Assembly: GCA_964421015.1 (NCBI GenBank)
Contig: CAYQUS010000002.1
Coordinates: 145,872 to 209,871 of the forward strand
Length of the DNA: 64,000 nucleotides
Direction: 5' to 3'
Source of the DNA: an uncultured Planctomycetia bacterium
GTDB lineage: Bacteria > Omnitrophota > Gorgyraeia > Tantalellales > Tantalellaceae
Part shown: piece by piece, positions 38,880 to 47,929 of the stretch
Numbering within the stretch: position 1 is the stretch's first letter
Layout of the letters: every line of letters begins with the position of its first letter
The notes under the pieces: model-generated
Seen by the model: the letters and a program-made list of their open reading frames with translations, nothing else
The model's database searches: none
What the model was told of the DNA's origin: nothing
Position numbers and translations under genes: made by a program

Positions 38880-39827
38880 TTAGTTTAAAAGCGTCTGATC
38901 TTGCTGTTCCACTCTTTCGGCGCGGTCTGTCCAAACAGTATTTTCTTTTGTGATGCATTTTGCCGGAGAGCTAGCGCTTCCCGGCTCATACCGCCCACCC
39001 ATAGGGTCGCTTGGTATGGATTTCAGATAGCGCGGGACCAGGTCGTTCCAGGTAGGCACTGCTGAATAGGAGGCTCCTGTGTCCATGGCCCAGGCGGCCG
39101 TTGCCGCGTCTATTTGTTTTAAATTCGCTCTGCGGTAGTTTTCCGTGGCAACCGCTTTGGCCTTTATGAAATTAGGGATGGCAACAGCGGCGAGCAAACC
39201 AAAAACCGGCAGCGCACACAGTAAGACTATAGCTACTGTAGCCGCCGCAGATTGTGCCTGGGGTCGGTCTTTGTAAGGCAAAATCTCGGGACGGTCTTTA
39301 AGGGTCCTTTTTATTAAACTTTCAAGATAAGAAAGAGCCACAAAGCTCAAAAGGATACTTACGGTACTATCTATCCTGCCCAGCAAGGAGGAGGACAAAA
39401 GAAATAATCCCGGCACCCATGTTATGATTTTTTTGCCTGAGGTCCTCTGGTTTATAAAACGAATTATCTCCCCGGGCCACTTGAACATCCAGTAAAAACT
39501 GTATATGGGTATAAACCCAAAACCTACGGCTCTTGCCGGAGAGATAGGGTAATGGTTGTCCGTAACCTTCAGGAGGATCTTATGTATCTTGTACACACAG
39601 ACGCACCACCAGACAAGGGATCCGAGAATAACAAGGAGAACGATAGGAAGCAGTATGAACGGGACCGACTCTGCAGCAAATCCCGGGATCAGCGGAATTC
39701 TCGCGATCAAAAAGAACAGCGCGGCAAAAATGTACCCTGCCCATATTTTGGGGAACTTAATGTCGCCAAGTGACAGGGGTCTGGGCGCTGCATCTGAGAG
39801 ATCACGGCGAGGGTTACCGTTTTCCAT
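38880..39827 (-). CDS. hypothetical polytopic membrane protein with an embedded type IV pilin-like segment
   Basis: Multiple TM helices. Internal LLAAVAIPNFIKAKAVATE.. resembles a prepilin N-terminal helix. Confidence 0.5.
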   Translation of the reverse strand: MENGNPRRDLSDAAPRPLSLGDIKFPKIWAGYIFAALFFLIARIPLIPGFAAESVPFILLPIVLLVILGSLVWWCVCVYKIHKILLKVTDNHYPISPARAVGFGFIPIYSFYWMFKWPGEIIRFINQRTSGKKIITWVPGLFLLSSSLLGRIDSTVSILLSFVALSYLESLIKRTLKDRPEILPYKDRPQAQSAAATVAIVLLCALPVFGLLAAVAIPNFIKAKAVATENYRRANLKQIDAATAAWAMDTGASYSAVPTWNDLVPRYLKSIPSDPMGGRYEPGSASSPAKCITKENTVWTDRAERVEQQDQTLLN

Positions 39828-40042
39828 TTATTCCACTCCATGGTTGCCGGGGCCTGTTAAGGCACACGGTAAAGGGTTTCTTATTACCAGTATAAAGGAA
39901 CTGTCGTTCCTGGAACGGAACGAATACGTATACGAATATTAACATAAGAGATAGAATAATACAATTCACTTTGTGGGGGATGTTTTAAACGCGCGGATAT
40001 TACCGCAAAAACCGGCCCGAGCGGAAGTTAGGTCTCAAAAAG

Positions 40043-40071
40043 TTGACAAACGCCCGGGAAAAGGTATAATC
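40043..40071 (+). promoter_or_regulatory. consensus sigma70 promoter TTGACA-16-TATAAT for the ilv leader
   Basis: -35 at 40043-48, -10 at 40065-70. Confidence 0.6.
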
Positions 40072-40098
40072 ACAAAATAACTTGAAGAAATAAAAACA

Positions 40099-40197
40099 AT
40101 GGAAAAACAGAGATCTTCTTATATTTCCGGAACTGAAAACGGGACGACCGCGGTAGCGGTCTTAGCGGATGTAGTCTGCCCGTTTTTTGCCGGATAG
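40099..40197 (+). CDS. putative ilv leader peptide 1 (32 aa, Thr/Ala/Val-rich)
   Basis: MEKQRSSYISGTENGTTAVAVLADVVCPFFAG. Followed by an intrinsic terminator. Confidence 0.4.
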   Translation: MEKQRSSYISGTENGTTAVAVLADVVCPFFAG

Positions 40198-40224
40198 AGG
40201 ATAGCTGTAAAATAGATTTTAAAA

Positions 40225-40260
40225 GGCCCCTTCCGGAAAAACCGGGAGGGGCTTTTTTGT
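40225..40260 (+). terminator. attenuator terminator 1
   Basis: GGCCCCTTCCGG-AAAAA-CCGGGAGGGGC followed by TTTTTTG. Confidence 0.6.
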
Positions 40261-40287
40261 TTCAGGCGGCTTGGGGGCAAAAGTAAT

Positions 40288-40359
40288 ATGAAAAAAGAGC
40301 AGATGCAAAATACGGTAAAGGTAACGGTAGTAGAAGGGGGTGTAAAACCGCCTCCGTAG
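40288..40359 (+). CDS. putative ilv leader peptide 2 (23 aa, Val/Thr-rich)
   Basis: MKKEQMQNTVKVTVVEGGVKPPP. GGGGG SD upstream; followed by a second intrinsic terminator. Confidence 0.4.
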   Translation: MKKEQMQNTVKVTVVEGGVKPPP

Positions 40360-40385
40360 GGGTATGTCCACTCAGGATATTTTTG

Positions 40386-40422
40386 GGCCCCTGCCGGAGA
40401 CGGATCTGGCAGGGGCTTTTTT
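40386..40422 (+). terminator. attenuator terminator 2
   Basis: GGGCCCCTGCCGG...CTGGCAGGGGC followed by TTTTTTG. Immediately upstream of the ilvB RBS. Confidence 0.6.
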
Positions 40423-40446
40423 GTTTGAATAAATTAAGGAGGAAAC

Positions 40447-42120
40447 ATGAAATATTCAGGAGCTGAAATAACAATAAAATTGCTGGAAGAAGAGGGGATA
40501 AGTATCATCCCGGGGATCCCGGGCGGGGCGAATCTTCCCCTTTACAGCGCGCTGGCTAAAAGCGGGATAAGGCACATACTCGCGCGGCACGAACAGGGCG
40601 CGGGTTTTATAGCCCAGGGAATGGCAAGGTCTACGGGAAGACCCGCGGTTTGTTTCGCGACAAGCGGCCCCGGAGCGACCAACCTTCTTACGGCCATAGC
40701 CGACGCCAAGATGGATTCGGTGCCGCTAATCGCCATAACAGGCCAGGTTTCGTCGGGCCTTATCGGGACAGACGCTTTTCAGGAGGTTGATACGTACGGG
40801 ATGAGCATTCCCGTCACAAAACATAATTTTCTGATACGTTCGGCCGGTGAGCTGGAAAGGGTTATTCCCGAGGCGTTCAGGATAGCCTCGGAAGGAAGGC
40901 CCGGGCCTGTACTGATAGACATGCCTAAAGACGTGCAGCTCGAAAAAGTCGAGGCGGGGGACCTTAAAAAAAGGGCCGTTCCCGAAGAAAAACAGTCCGG
41001 TATGGATACCGAGGCTATTAAACGGGCAGCGCGGATGATAAACGGGTCAGCAAAACCGGTCATTTACGCCGGCGGAGGCATAATAGCTTCGGGAGCTGGA
41101 GACGTTCTAAGACGGTTATCCCGCAGGAATTCCATACCCGTGGCCTCGACATTAATGGGGCTTGGATGTATCAGTTCAAGCGAGGAAATGTTCCTGGGCA
41201 TGTTCGGTATGCACGGTTCAGCGCACGCGAACAGCCTGATGCACGAAGCCGATCTTGTCCTGGTTTTCGGCGCGAGGTTCGACGACCGCGCTACCGGGAA
41301 TCCCGGACTTTTCTGCCCCGGCGCGAGAATAATACATATCGACATAGACGGGGCGGAAATAAACAAGATAAAAAAAGCCGACATAGCTTTCCGGGGCGAT
41401 ATCCGGTTGGCCATAGAAGCTCTTCTTCCTCTCATCGAGGACAACGATAGAAGGGATTGGAAAAAAACCGTCCTGGAAAGGAAAAGGAAGTTATCTTGCG
41501 CCGGGAGGGGAGGAAAGATAGAGGAGCTGATAAAAAAAATAGCTCTTTTCGCCGGAGAAGACGCCATAATAACCACTGACGTGGGACAGCATCAGATGTG
41601 GGTGGCCCAGTACTACCCGTTTTCCGGGCCCAGGACTTTTCTTACTTCCGGAGGCCTGGGAACAATGGGGTTCGGGTTACCCGCGGCGATCGGGGCGGGT
41701 CTTGCAAACCCGGGCAAAAAGATAATCTGTTTTACCGGGGACGGGTCGTTTCTTATGAACATGCAGGAAATGTCCCTTCTTTCGGAACTGGGGCTGGACA
41801 TAAAAATAGTTCTGCTTAACAACAGGCGTCTTGGGATGGTGCGCCAGCAGCAGGAATATTTTTACGGAGGCGAATATATAGCCTCAAGCCTTAACTGTCG
41901 TACGGATTTCGCGAGGATAGCCGAAGCTTTCGGCATAGAGGGAAAGGAGCTTAAAAACTCCGCGGACCGCCTCGGCGAAATGGAGAAGGTCATTAAAGAA
42001 ACAGGTCCCGCGCTGATAAATATACCGGTGGATCCTTGGGAAAATGTTACCCCGACGGTTATTCCGGGCAGGTCCAACAATGAAATGATAGGAGGAGAAG
42101 GCCATGAAAGAGGGTTCTAA
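40447..42120 (+). CDS. ilvB: acetolactate synthase large subunit
   Basis: TPP-enzyme motifs (GDGSFLMN..N) and overall AHAS architecture. Confidence 0.9.
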   Translation: MKYSGAEITIKLLEEEGISIIPGIPGGANLPLYSALAKSGIRHILARHEQGAGFIAQGMARSTGRPAVCFATSGPGATNLLTAIADAKMDSVPLIAITGQVSSGLIGTDAFQEVDTYGMSIPVTKHNFLIRSAGELERVIPEAFRIASEGRPGPVLIDMPKDVQLEKVEAGDLKKRAVPEEKQSGMDTEAIKRAARMINGSAKPVIYAGGGIIASGAGDVLRRLSRRNSIPVASTLMGLGCISSSEEMFLGMFGMHGSAHANSLMHEADLVLVFGARFDDRATGNPGLFCPGARIIHIDIDGAEINKIKKADIAFRGDIRLAIEALLPLIEDNDRRDWKKTVLERKRKLSCAGRGGKIEELIKKIALFAGEDAIITTDVGQHQMWVAQYYPFSGPRTFLTSGGLGTMGFGLPAAIGAGLANPGKKIICFTGDGSFLMNMQEMSLLSELGLDIKIVLLNNRRLGMVRQQQEYFYGGEYIASSLNCRTDFARIAEAFGIEGKELKNSADRLGEMEKVIKETGPALINIPVDPWENVTPTVIPGRSNNEMIGGEGHERGF

Positions 42121-42403
42121 GACCATAATCGAGATAATAGTGAACAATCATCCGGGCGTGATGTCCCATATAACGGGGCTTTTCGCGAGGAGGGCTTACA
42201 ATCTTGAGGGGATACTGTGCGGCGAAATAGAGGACGGGTCCCGGAGCAGGATGTATCTTCTGGTGGATGAGGACGAGAGGCTGGAACAGATAATAAAACA
42301 GATAGAAAAACTTTATGACGTTATTACAGTTAATGCAAGGGGTGACAGGGACCATACCATATTCAAAAAACTGGATAAGGCTATGGAGATTTTTGGGGGA
42401 TAG
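42104..42403 (+). CDS. ilvN: acetolactate synthase small (ACT-domain) subunit, short form
   Basis: ACT-domain sequence IIEIIVNNHPGVMSHITGLFARRAYNLEGI. 99 aa. Overlaps the end of ilvB. Confidence 0.75.
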   Translation: MKEGSKTIIEIIVNNHPGVMSHITGLFARRAYNLEGILCGEIEDGSRSRMYLLVDEDERLEQIIKQIEKLYDVITVNARGDRDHTIFKKLDKAMEIFGG

Positions 42404-42488
42404 ATTTGGCTAACCGTAAACTGAAGTACTCAAGGTAGAACTTTTTCAAAGTCCTACCTTGAGGCCAAATCTATGGCGTGCCAGAGAG
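42395..42488. repeat. 94-bp direct repeat copy 1 (copy 2 at 42602-42695), containing a long hairpin and the 3'-terminal 15 nt of tRNA-Arg
   Basis: GGGGGATAGATTTGGCTAACCGTAAACTGAAGTACTCAAGGTAGAACTTTTTCAAAGTCCTACCTTGAGGCCAAATCTATGGCGTGCCAGAGAG occurs twice, 207 bp apart. Confidence 0.85.
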
Positions 42489-42680
42489 ATTGTTTCGGGC
42501 TATGATCCTCCTCTTCGGCGGATCATTTGTGGCGGTGTTGTTGGTGGCCGGCATCACCGATCCACCCTTGATTTACTCGCTTTGCTCGTAAATCAAACCA
42601 GGGGGGATAGATTTGGCTAACCGTAAACTGAAGTACTCAAGGTAGAACTTTTTCAAAGTCCTACCTTGAGGCCAAATCTA

Positions 42681-42759
42681 TGGCGTGCCAGAGAGGATTC
42701 GAACCTCCAACCAACGGCTTCGTAGGCCGCTACTCTATCCAGTTGAGCTACTGGCACGC
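42681..42759 (-). tRNA. tRNA-Arg (anticodon ACG)
   Basis: The reverse complement folds into a cloverleaf: acceptor GCGTGCC, anticodon loop CTACGAA, T-arm GGTTCGAATCC, CCA encoded. Confidence 0.8.
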
Positions 42760-42819
42760 GGTAAAAGCGGTCGCGCTTAAACATTGTAACATAGAGGCTC
42801 GATTAGTCAATCCTGGCTG

Positions 42820-42880
42820 TTGAGGGGAAGACCGGTAAAAAATAAGGAGAAAGGTAGAATAGGGAGGGAGGAAATGACAG
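42820..42880 (+). repeat. purine-rich + AGGTTAAAGTTGAG module, copy D
   Basis: AATAAGGAGAAAGGTAGAATAGGGAGGGAGGAAATGACAGGTTAAAGTTGAGCC. Confidence 0.65.
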
Positions 42881-42916
42881 GTTAAAGTTGAGCCGACCGG
42901 CCGGGCATTGTATAAT
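42881..42916 (+). promoter_or_regulatory. sigma70-like promoter TTGAGC-17-TATAAT for tadA
   Basis: The -35 is contributed by the AGGTTRAG repeat module. -10 at 42911-16. Confidence 0.4.
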
Positions 42917-42933
42917 GAAAAAAAGGAGAAACG

Positions 42934-43389
42934 GTGAAACTGCGCGAAATTTATATGGGGCAGGCTTTAAGAGAAGCTGTTAAGGCCTATGAGGCGGACG
43001 AGGTCCCGGTCGGGGCCGTTATAGTTCACGAAGGCGAAATTATCGCAAGGGCGCATAATCAGATAAAGCTGCTTAAGGACCCTACGGCTCATGCCGAGAT
43101 GATAGCGATAACCCAGGCGGCGGCTTATCTTTCAAATGAACGGCTTACCGGCTGTGAACTTTACGTTACTCTAGAGCCCTGCTCTATGTGTGTGGGAGCG
43201 GCTGTTCTGGGGCGTTTAAGCAGTATAGTTTTCGGGGCTTCGGATCCTAAAACCGGCGCGTGCGGAAGTGTGGTGGACCTGGCCAAACCGGGTCTATTTA
43301 ACCACAATATTGAGATATCGGGCGGAGTAATGGAAAATGAGTGCCGGGTTCTTTTGCAAAAATTCTTCGCGGGAAAAAGGGGGAAGTAG
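42934..43389 (+). CDS. tadA: tRNA-specific adenosine deaminase
   Basis: HAEMIAI and PCSMCVGA zinc-binding CDA motifs. 151 aa. GTG start. Confidence 0.85.
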   Translation: MKLREIYMGQALREAVKAYEADEVPVGAVIVHEGEIIARAHNQIKLLKDPTAHAEMIAITQAAAYLSNERLTGCELYVTLEPCSMCVGAAVLGRLSSIVFGASDPKTGACGSVVDLAKPGLFNHNIEISGGVMENECRVLLQKFFAGKRGK

Positions 43390-43432
43390 GAAGCAGTAAG
43401 GAGGAAGGGTCAGGTTAAGGTTGAGTATACCA
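43390..43432 (+). repeat. short purine-rich + AGGTTAAGGTTGAG module, copy E (after tadA)
   Basis: GGAAGCAGTAAGGAGGAAGGGTCAGGTTAAGGTTGAGT. Confidence 0.6.
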
Positions 43433-44287
43433 TCTTCTTATGACGAAGATCTTCCCGTAAGAGCTGTTCCAGCGGTTAGCCGGCGACCTTTCTTTCATTA
43501 TTGAGTTAAGACGTGTTACAAGGTCTGACACTATGACCCCCTCGGGGTGAGTGCTTTCAATGGTTTTGCCGGGACCAAGAACAATAACCACATGCCCTTG
43601 CCAGACTATAAGGTCGAGAGGTTTGACCTTCCGAGATATCTCTTCCGCGGACAAGCCTTCAATATTCACTCCATTCCCGAAAGATAGAAGGTCCGAGGTG
43701 TTCCTGGGTGTGCATCCTTCTGAAGCCTCGTAAATAAGGCCGGAACAATCGACGCCCTCAAGGCTCCAGAGCGAAAGTTCTTTCTCGCCGAGCTTACCGG
43801 CGGGCGGGAAATATTCCGTCATTTGTTTTATTCCTGAATGGAAGTTTCCGCCCCACATGTAGCTTTGGCCTTTCATCGAGAGCATCGAGGAAATTATCTG
43901 TTTTTCGCTCGGCAGTTTTTTCGGTCTTGCCGCGGGTTTATTCTCTGAAAAACTTACAAAACGGCTGTCTATGAAAAGCGGCCGCGAAGAGGTATATTCC
44001 GCGGTTATCACCTCAAGAACCCTGTGAGAATTTTTCGGGAAGCTTCTGATTATCTCGAAAACCGTTCCCGGGAAAGCTATAAATTCCATCTCTCTTATGA
44101 GTCCTTTTGAGTCTACTTTTACCGATAAACGATCCCTCCCGCCGAAAACGTTTTCCATGTCCGGAGAATTAAGAACGGGGCAAGGGATAACGGCGGAGCA
44201 GTATTTTTCTTCCTGAGGGAAAGAGCTTTCCGCCGGGGCAAGAAAAAGAGAGGCCACTAAAGTTGCCGATAGAACGAATCTTCTCAT
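43415..44287 (-). CDS. NlpC/P60-family cell-wall hydrolase (secreted)
   Basis: Signal peptide. Catalytic Cys in GVDCSGLIYEA and a downstream His in QGHVVIV. Confidence 0.7.
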   Translation of the reverse strand: MRRFVLSATLVASLFLAPAESSFPQEEKYCSAVIPCPVLNSPDMENVFGGRDRLSVKVDSKGLIREMEFIAFPGTVFEIIRSFPKNSHRVLEVITAEYTSSRPLFIDSRFVSFSENKPAARPKKLPSEKQIISSMLSMKGQSYMWGGNFHSGIKQMTEYFPPAGKLGEKELSLWSLEGVDCSGLIYEASEGCTPRNTSDLLSFGNGVNIEGLSAEEISRKVKPLDLIVWQGHVVIVLGPGKTIESTHPEGVIVSDLVTRLNSIMKERSPANRWNSSYGKIFVIRRWYTQP

Positions 44288-44320
44288 TTGGCGTCCTTTC
44301 GCGACGGATGGCGCGGGGTT

Positions 44321-46450
44321 TTATTTTCTGTAAGCTTCCAGCCTTTTTGTTATCTCTCCCGGCAGTTCGAATCCTTTATCCCGAGCAAGATCGGAATATC
44401 GAAGAGCGCTCTCGTACCGGCCTTCCAGATAGTGGAGAATGGCCATGTTTATGTAAGCATTCCCGAATCCCGGATCTTTTTCCACGGTGATACCGTAATA
44501 TTTGAGCGCGAGGGCGGTGTCTCCCGACAGGGAAAGAAGCCTGGCCAGGTTGAAATAGGCCCCCGCGAAATCGGGGTCTATGGATATAGCCTTACGGTAC
44601 ATCAGCATGGCCTCGTCGTTTCTCCCCGATATCGAGTGAAGGTTGCCTATATTGTTGCATGCCACGGCGTCGAGCGGGTCCTGGGCCAGGGCCTTTTCGA
44701 ACCAGAACAGGGCCTCGCTGAACTCGCCGTTCGCGGCGTAAACATTTCCGATACCGGTAATGGCCGGGCCGTAGTCGGGGTTTCTCTTAAGCGCCTCGCC
44801 GAAAATTTCCAGAGCCTCCTTTTTTCTGCCGGTGCTTCCGTAAAGGGCCCCAAGCCCGCAGTACGCTTCGAGGATATCAGGATTTTTTTCTATGGATCTA
44901 AGGTAAAGTTTTTCAGCGTTCCGGGTTCTGCCCATCTTAACGTATTCCCCGGCCAGGTTGTGCAGGGCTTTGGCGTAACCGGGGTCTATTCCGAGAGCTT
45001 TTTCATACATGAGGGCGGCTTCCTCTGTTCTTCCGGAACGGGAATAGATGTTCCCGAGATTGTTATAAGCCTCCTTGTGAGGCCGCGCCTCTAATGCCCG
45101 GATATAAAGCTTTTCGGCTTCCTTTTGCTGCCCGGTCTTCTCGTATATCCTTCCTAGGTTATTGAGGGCCCGGAAGCTGGACGGGTTGTAATTTAATGTT
45201 CTTTCATAAAAAACGGTATCGTTGGACCAGTAATGGTTTTGTCTTACGGTCACAAGGAAATAGAACCCGGAAAGGCAGACAATACCTGCCACCGATAAAA
45301 GCCGTGACCTTTTAGACGAATAGGCCGCGCGGAAAAGCCATCCAGCCGCCAGAAAAAACCCTATGGAGGGGAGATAAAGATAATGGTCCGCCATGTAAAA
45401 TGCCACGGGATACAGGTTGAGTTCCGGCAGAAGAGTTATGAAAAACCAGAACACAGAGAAGAAAACGATACCACCGCTCTTTCTCTTTTTGATGGCGACG
45501 AAAACAAGAAAGATCGTCAAAAGAGCTCCCGTTATGACCATTTTGTCGGCAAACCGGAAAATAACGCTGTCATGTCCCATGTTAAGCCCCGAAGGGGCAA
45601 GAAGCGTCAGTAAGTACCCGGTTATAGCCCTGAAGGCTCCCGGGAGGCGAAGCAGGATCCCGTCTGGGGACATTCCGTAGAATTCCGGCGCCGGGAGAAC
45701 AGTGAGACGTAAAGCCGCATAACCCGCGGCCGGAAGCATGGCAAGAATCAGGGGGAGCGGTTTAACGGGTTTCCGGAAGCACACGTGATAAAGAACCGCC
45801 AGCAGCGGAAAGATAAGGCCGTTCTCTTTTGAGAAAAGGGCCAGAAGGTAAACTGCCGGGAAAATGATAAAAAAATAAGCCCGCGAACTCTCCTGCAGTT
45901 TTACATAAAAAATGAACGAAAGAATGATAAATAGTCCCGAGAGACAGTCGCCCGTTCCCGAAATATAAGCCACGCTTTCGGCGTGAACGGGATGAAGCGA
46001 AAAAAGAGCGGCCGAGAAAAGAGCCAGGAGCCTGTCCCCGAAAAGGGTAGTTATCATCCAGTATACCGATACTGACATGAGCGAGTGGAGAAGCATGTTC
46101 GCAACATGGTAATAGCGAGCGTCCAGTTGCCGGAAATTATAAATGACAGCGTAAGCGGCCATTTGCAGAGGCCTGTAATATGTGAAGTCGGAGCCGCTGC
46201 CGGCGCCTATTGTGGAAAAGAAAAGTTTGGGTATTGACGAGAAGTCCCTTATGAGGGGATTTTCCGCTATGAGAATGTGGTCGTCGAGGATAAAAGACCC
46301 GCCAAAAGAATTAAAGTAAACCGATAGGGACAAAACAAGAAGGGTTATCACGGACAGCGCGTGGAAAAGCGCCCCCGTGTGCCGAAATGATAAATTTATG
46401 CCGGGTTTCACGTAATTGTCCGCGGCAAGATCCTTGTTTTGGGCAGGCAT
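44321..46450 (-). CDS. polytopic membrane protein with C-terminal TPR repeats (TMTC/PMT-like O-mannosyltransferase architecture)
   Basis: About 11 TM helices followed by at least 8 TPR repeats (..AYNNLGNIY..A...YEKAL..). Confidence 0.75.
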   Translation of the reverse strand: MPAQNKDLAADNYVKPGINLSFRHTGALFHALSVITLLVLSLSVYFNSFGGSFILDDHILIAENPLIRDFSSIPKLFFSTIGAGSGSDFTYYRPLQMAAYAVIYNFRQLDARYYHVANMLLHSLMSVSVYWMITTLFGDRLLALFSAALFSLHPVHAESVAYISGTGDCLSGLFIILSFIFYVKLQESSRAYFFIIFPAVYLLALFSKENGLIFPLLAVLYHVCFRKPVKPLPLILAMLPAAGYAALRLTVLPAPEFYGMSPDGILLRLPGAFRAITGYLLTLLAPSGLNMGHDSVIFRFADKMVITGALLTIFLVFVAIKKRKSGGIVFFSVFWFFITLLPELNLYPVAFYMADHYLYLPSIGFFLAAGWLFRAAYSSKRSRLLSVAGIVCLSGFYFLVTVRQNHYWSNDTVFYERTLNYNPSSFRALNNLGRIYEKTGQQKEAEKLYIRALEARPHKEAYNNLGNIYSRSGRTEEAALMYEKALGIDPGYAKALHNLAGEYVKMGRTRNAEKLYLRSIEKNPDILEAYCGLGALYGSTGRKKEALEIFGEALKRNPDYGPAITGIGNVYAANGEFSEALFWFEKALAQDPLDAVACNNIGNLHSISGRNDEAMLMYRKAISIDPDFAGAYFNLARLLSLSGDTALALKYYGITVEKDPGFGNAYINMAILHYLEGRYESALRYSDLARDKGFELPGEITKRLEAYRK

Positions 46451-46525
46451 TAAGCGTCCTTTTTTACGGGTATTCTACCATCGGGATATTTACCGTTCCA
46501 GGCCTTTTATCGCGGTTCATGCGAA

Positions 46526-46553
46526 TTGACAAACGTGATGACGCATGTATAAT
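46526..46553 (+). promoter_or_regulatory. consensus sigma70 promoter TTGACA-16-TATAAT for the rnf operon
   Basis: -35 at 46526-31, -10 at 46548-53. Confidence 0.55.
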
Positions 46554-46591
46554 GTAGTCTCATTTAGTCGCGTACGGAAACAGGAGCAAAA

Positions 46592-47929
46592 ATGTCTAAA
46601 ATCCTCACTTTTAGGGGCGGGATACATCCCGGCTGCCGTAAGGATATGAGCCTGGGGGAAGCTTTGCGTGAAGTTCCGCTTCCCAAAGTAGCCGTTGTGC
46701 CGCTTTCCCAGCATATAGGCGCTCCCAACCTTCCTTTGGTAAAGAAGGGGGATACTGTCGCGGAGGGCGACGTTATAGGCAGAAGCGAAAGCTTCGTTTC
46801 CGCCGCGGTCCATTCCCCGGTTTCGGGGAAAGTTGCCGATATAAAAAAAGCCCCTCATCCCTCGCTGGGGCAGGCAATGTCAGTTTTTATAGAAAGGGAC
46901 GATTTGTCCGGGAAAAAGGAATATTCCGTTAAGAACGACATCGAAAGACTTTCTCCGGCGGACATAATAGAGAAAATAAAGCTTGCCGGAGTTGTAGGCA
47001 TGGGTGGTGCCGCGTTCCCGACCCACGTTAAATTAAGCGTGCCGGCGGGAAAGAATATAGACACCCTTATAGTCAACGGAGCGGAATGCGAACCTTATCT
47101 CACCTGCGATCAGGCGCTTATGTCGTTAAAGACAAAAGAAATAATAGCGGGAATAGCCCTGGTACAGAAGGTGCTTCGGCCCGTGCGGACTTTCATTGCG
47201 TTGGAAGACAACAAGAAGGAAGCCGCTTTCGCTTTTGAAAAGGCTGTTAAGGCCCAGAGTAGGATATTGTCAGGAGAGGTTTCGGTGGTTCTTCTGAAGA
47301 CAAAGTATCCCCAGGGAGGGGAAAAACAGCTGATAAAGGCCATAACTTCGAGAGAGGTTCCGCCGGGCAAGCTGCCGCTTGATATAGGATGCATGGTGCA
47401 GAACGCCGGCACTATGAACGCGGTGTACGAGGCCGCGGCCATGGATAAACCTCTAATTGAAAGGCTGGTCACGGTATCGGGGGACTGCGTGGCCAAACCC
47501 GGGAATTATCTGGCGCGAGTGGGGACTACGGTGGAAGAACTTGTCTCCATGTGCGCAATAGAGATAAAAACAGAACCCTTTAAGGTTATATTCGGCGGGC
47601 CGATGATGGGGGTATCTCAAACCGGGATGTTATCTCCCGTGCTTAAAAATACTTCAGGTATTCTTTTTCTGTCCCGCAAGGCCGCCGGGCACCATACAGA
47701 GCAGAATTGTATAAGATGCGCTAAATGCGTTGATGTTTGTCCCATGCGCCTTGCCCCCACGGACATAATGAGGAACGTCAAGAAGGAGAACTGGGCGGCG
47801 CTTTCGGAATTTTATGTATCAGATTGTATGGAATGCGGCGCCTGCGCATACATATGCCCGTCAAGAATACCCCTTGTCCATTATATAAAGGAAGGCAAGG
47901 CCGTTATAGCGAGGATGAAAAGGCCATGA
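46592..47929 (+). CDS. rnfC: Rnf electron-transport complex subunit C
   Basis: Two 4Fe-4S ferredoxin motifs (CIRCAKCVDVCP, CMECGACAYICP) and a GxGxxG NADH-binding region. Confidence 0.85.
   Translation: MSKILTFRGGIHPGCRKDMSLGEALREVPLPKVAVVPLSQHIGAPNLPLVKKGDTVAEGDVIGRSESFVSAAVHSPVSGKVADIKKAPHPSLGQAMSVFIERDDLSGKKEYSVKNDIERLSPADIIEKIKLAGVVGMGGAAFPTHVKLSVPAGKNIDTLIVNGAECEPYLTCDQALMSLKTKEIIAGIALVQKVLRPVRTFIALEDNKKEAAFAFEKAVKAQSRILSGEVSVVLLKTKYPQGGEKQLIKAITSREVPPGKLPLDIGCMVQNAGTMNAVYEAAAMDKPLIERLVTVSGDCVAKPGNYLARVGTTVEELVSMCAIEIKTEPFKVIFGGPMMGVSQTGMLSPVLKNTSGILFLSRKAAGHHTEQNCIRCAKCVDVCPMRLAPTDIMRNVKKENWAALSEFYVSDCMECGACAYICPSRIPLVHYIKEGKAVIARMKRP

Noticed and set aside
44288-45094. 268-aa plus-strand ORF
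   Set aside because: It overlaps the 709-aa minus-strand TPR-repeat membrane protein, which shows about 8 canonical TPR units. The plus-strand ORF has no features.
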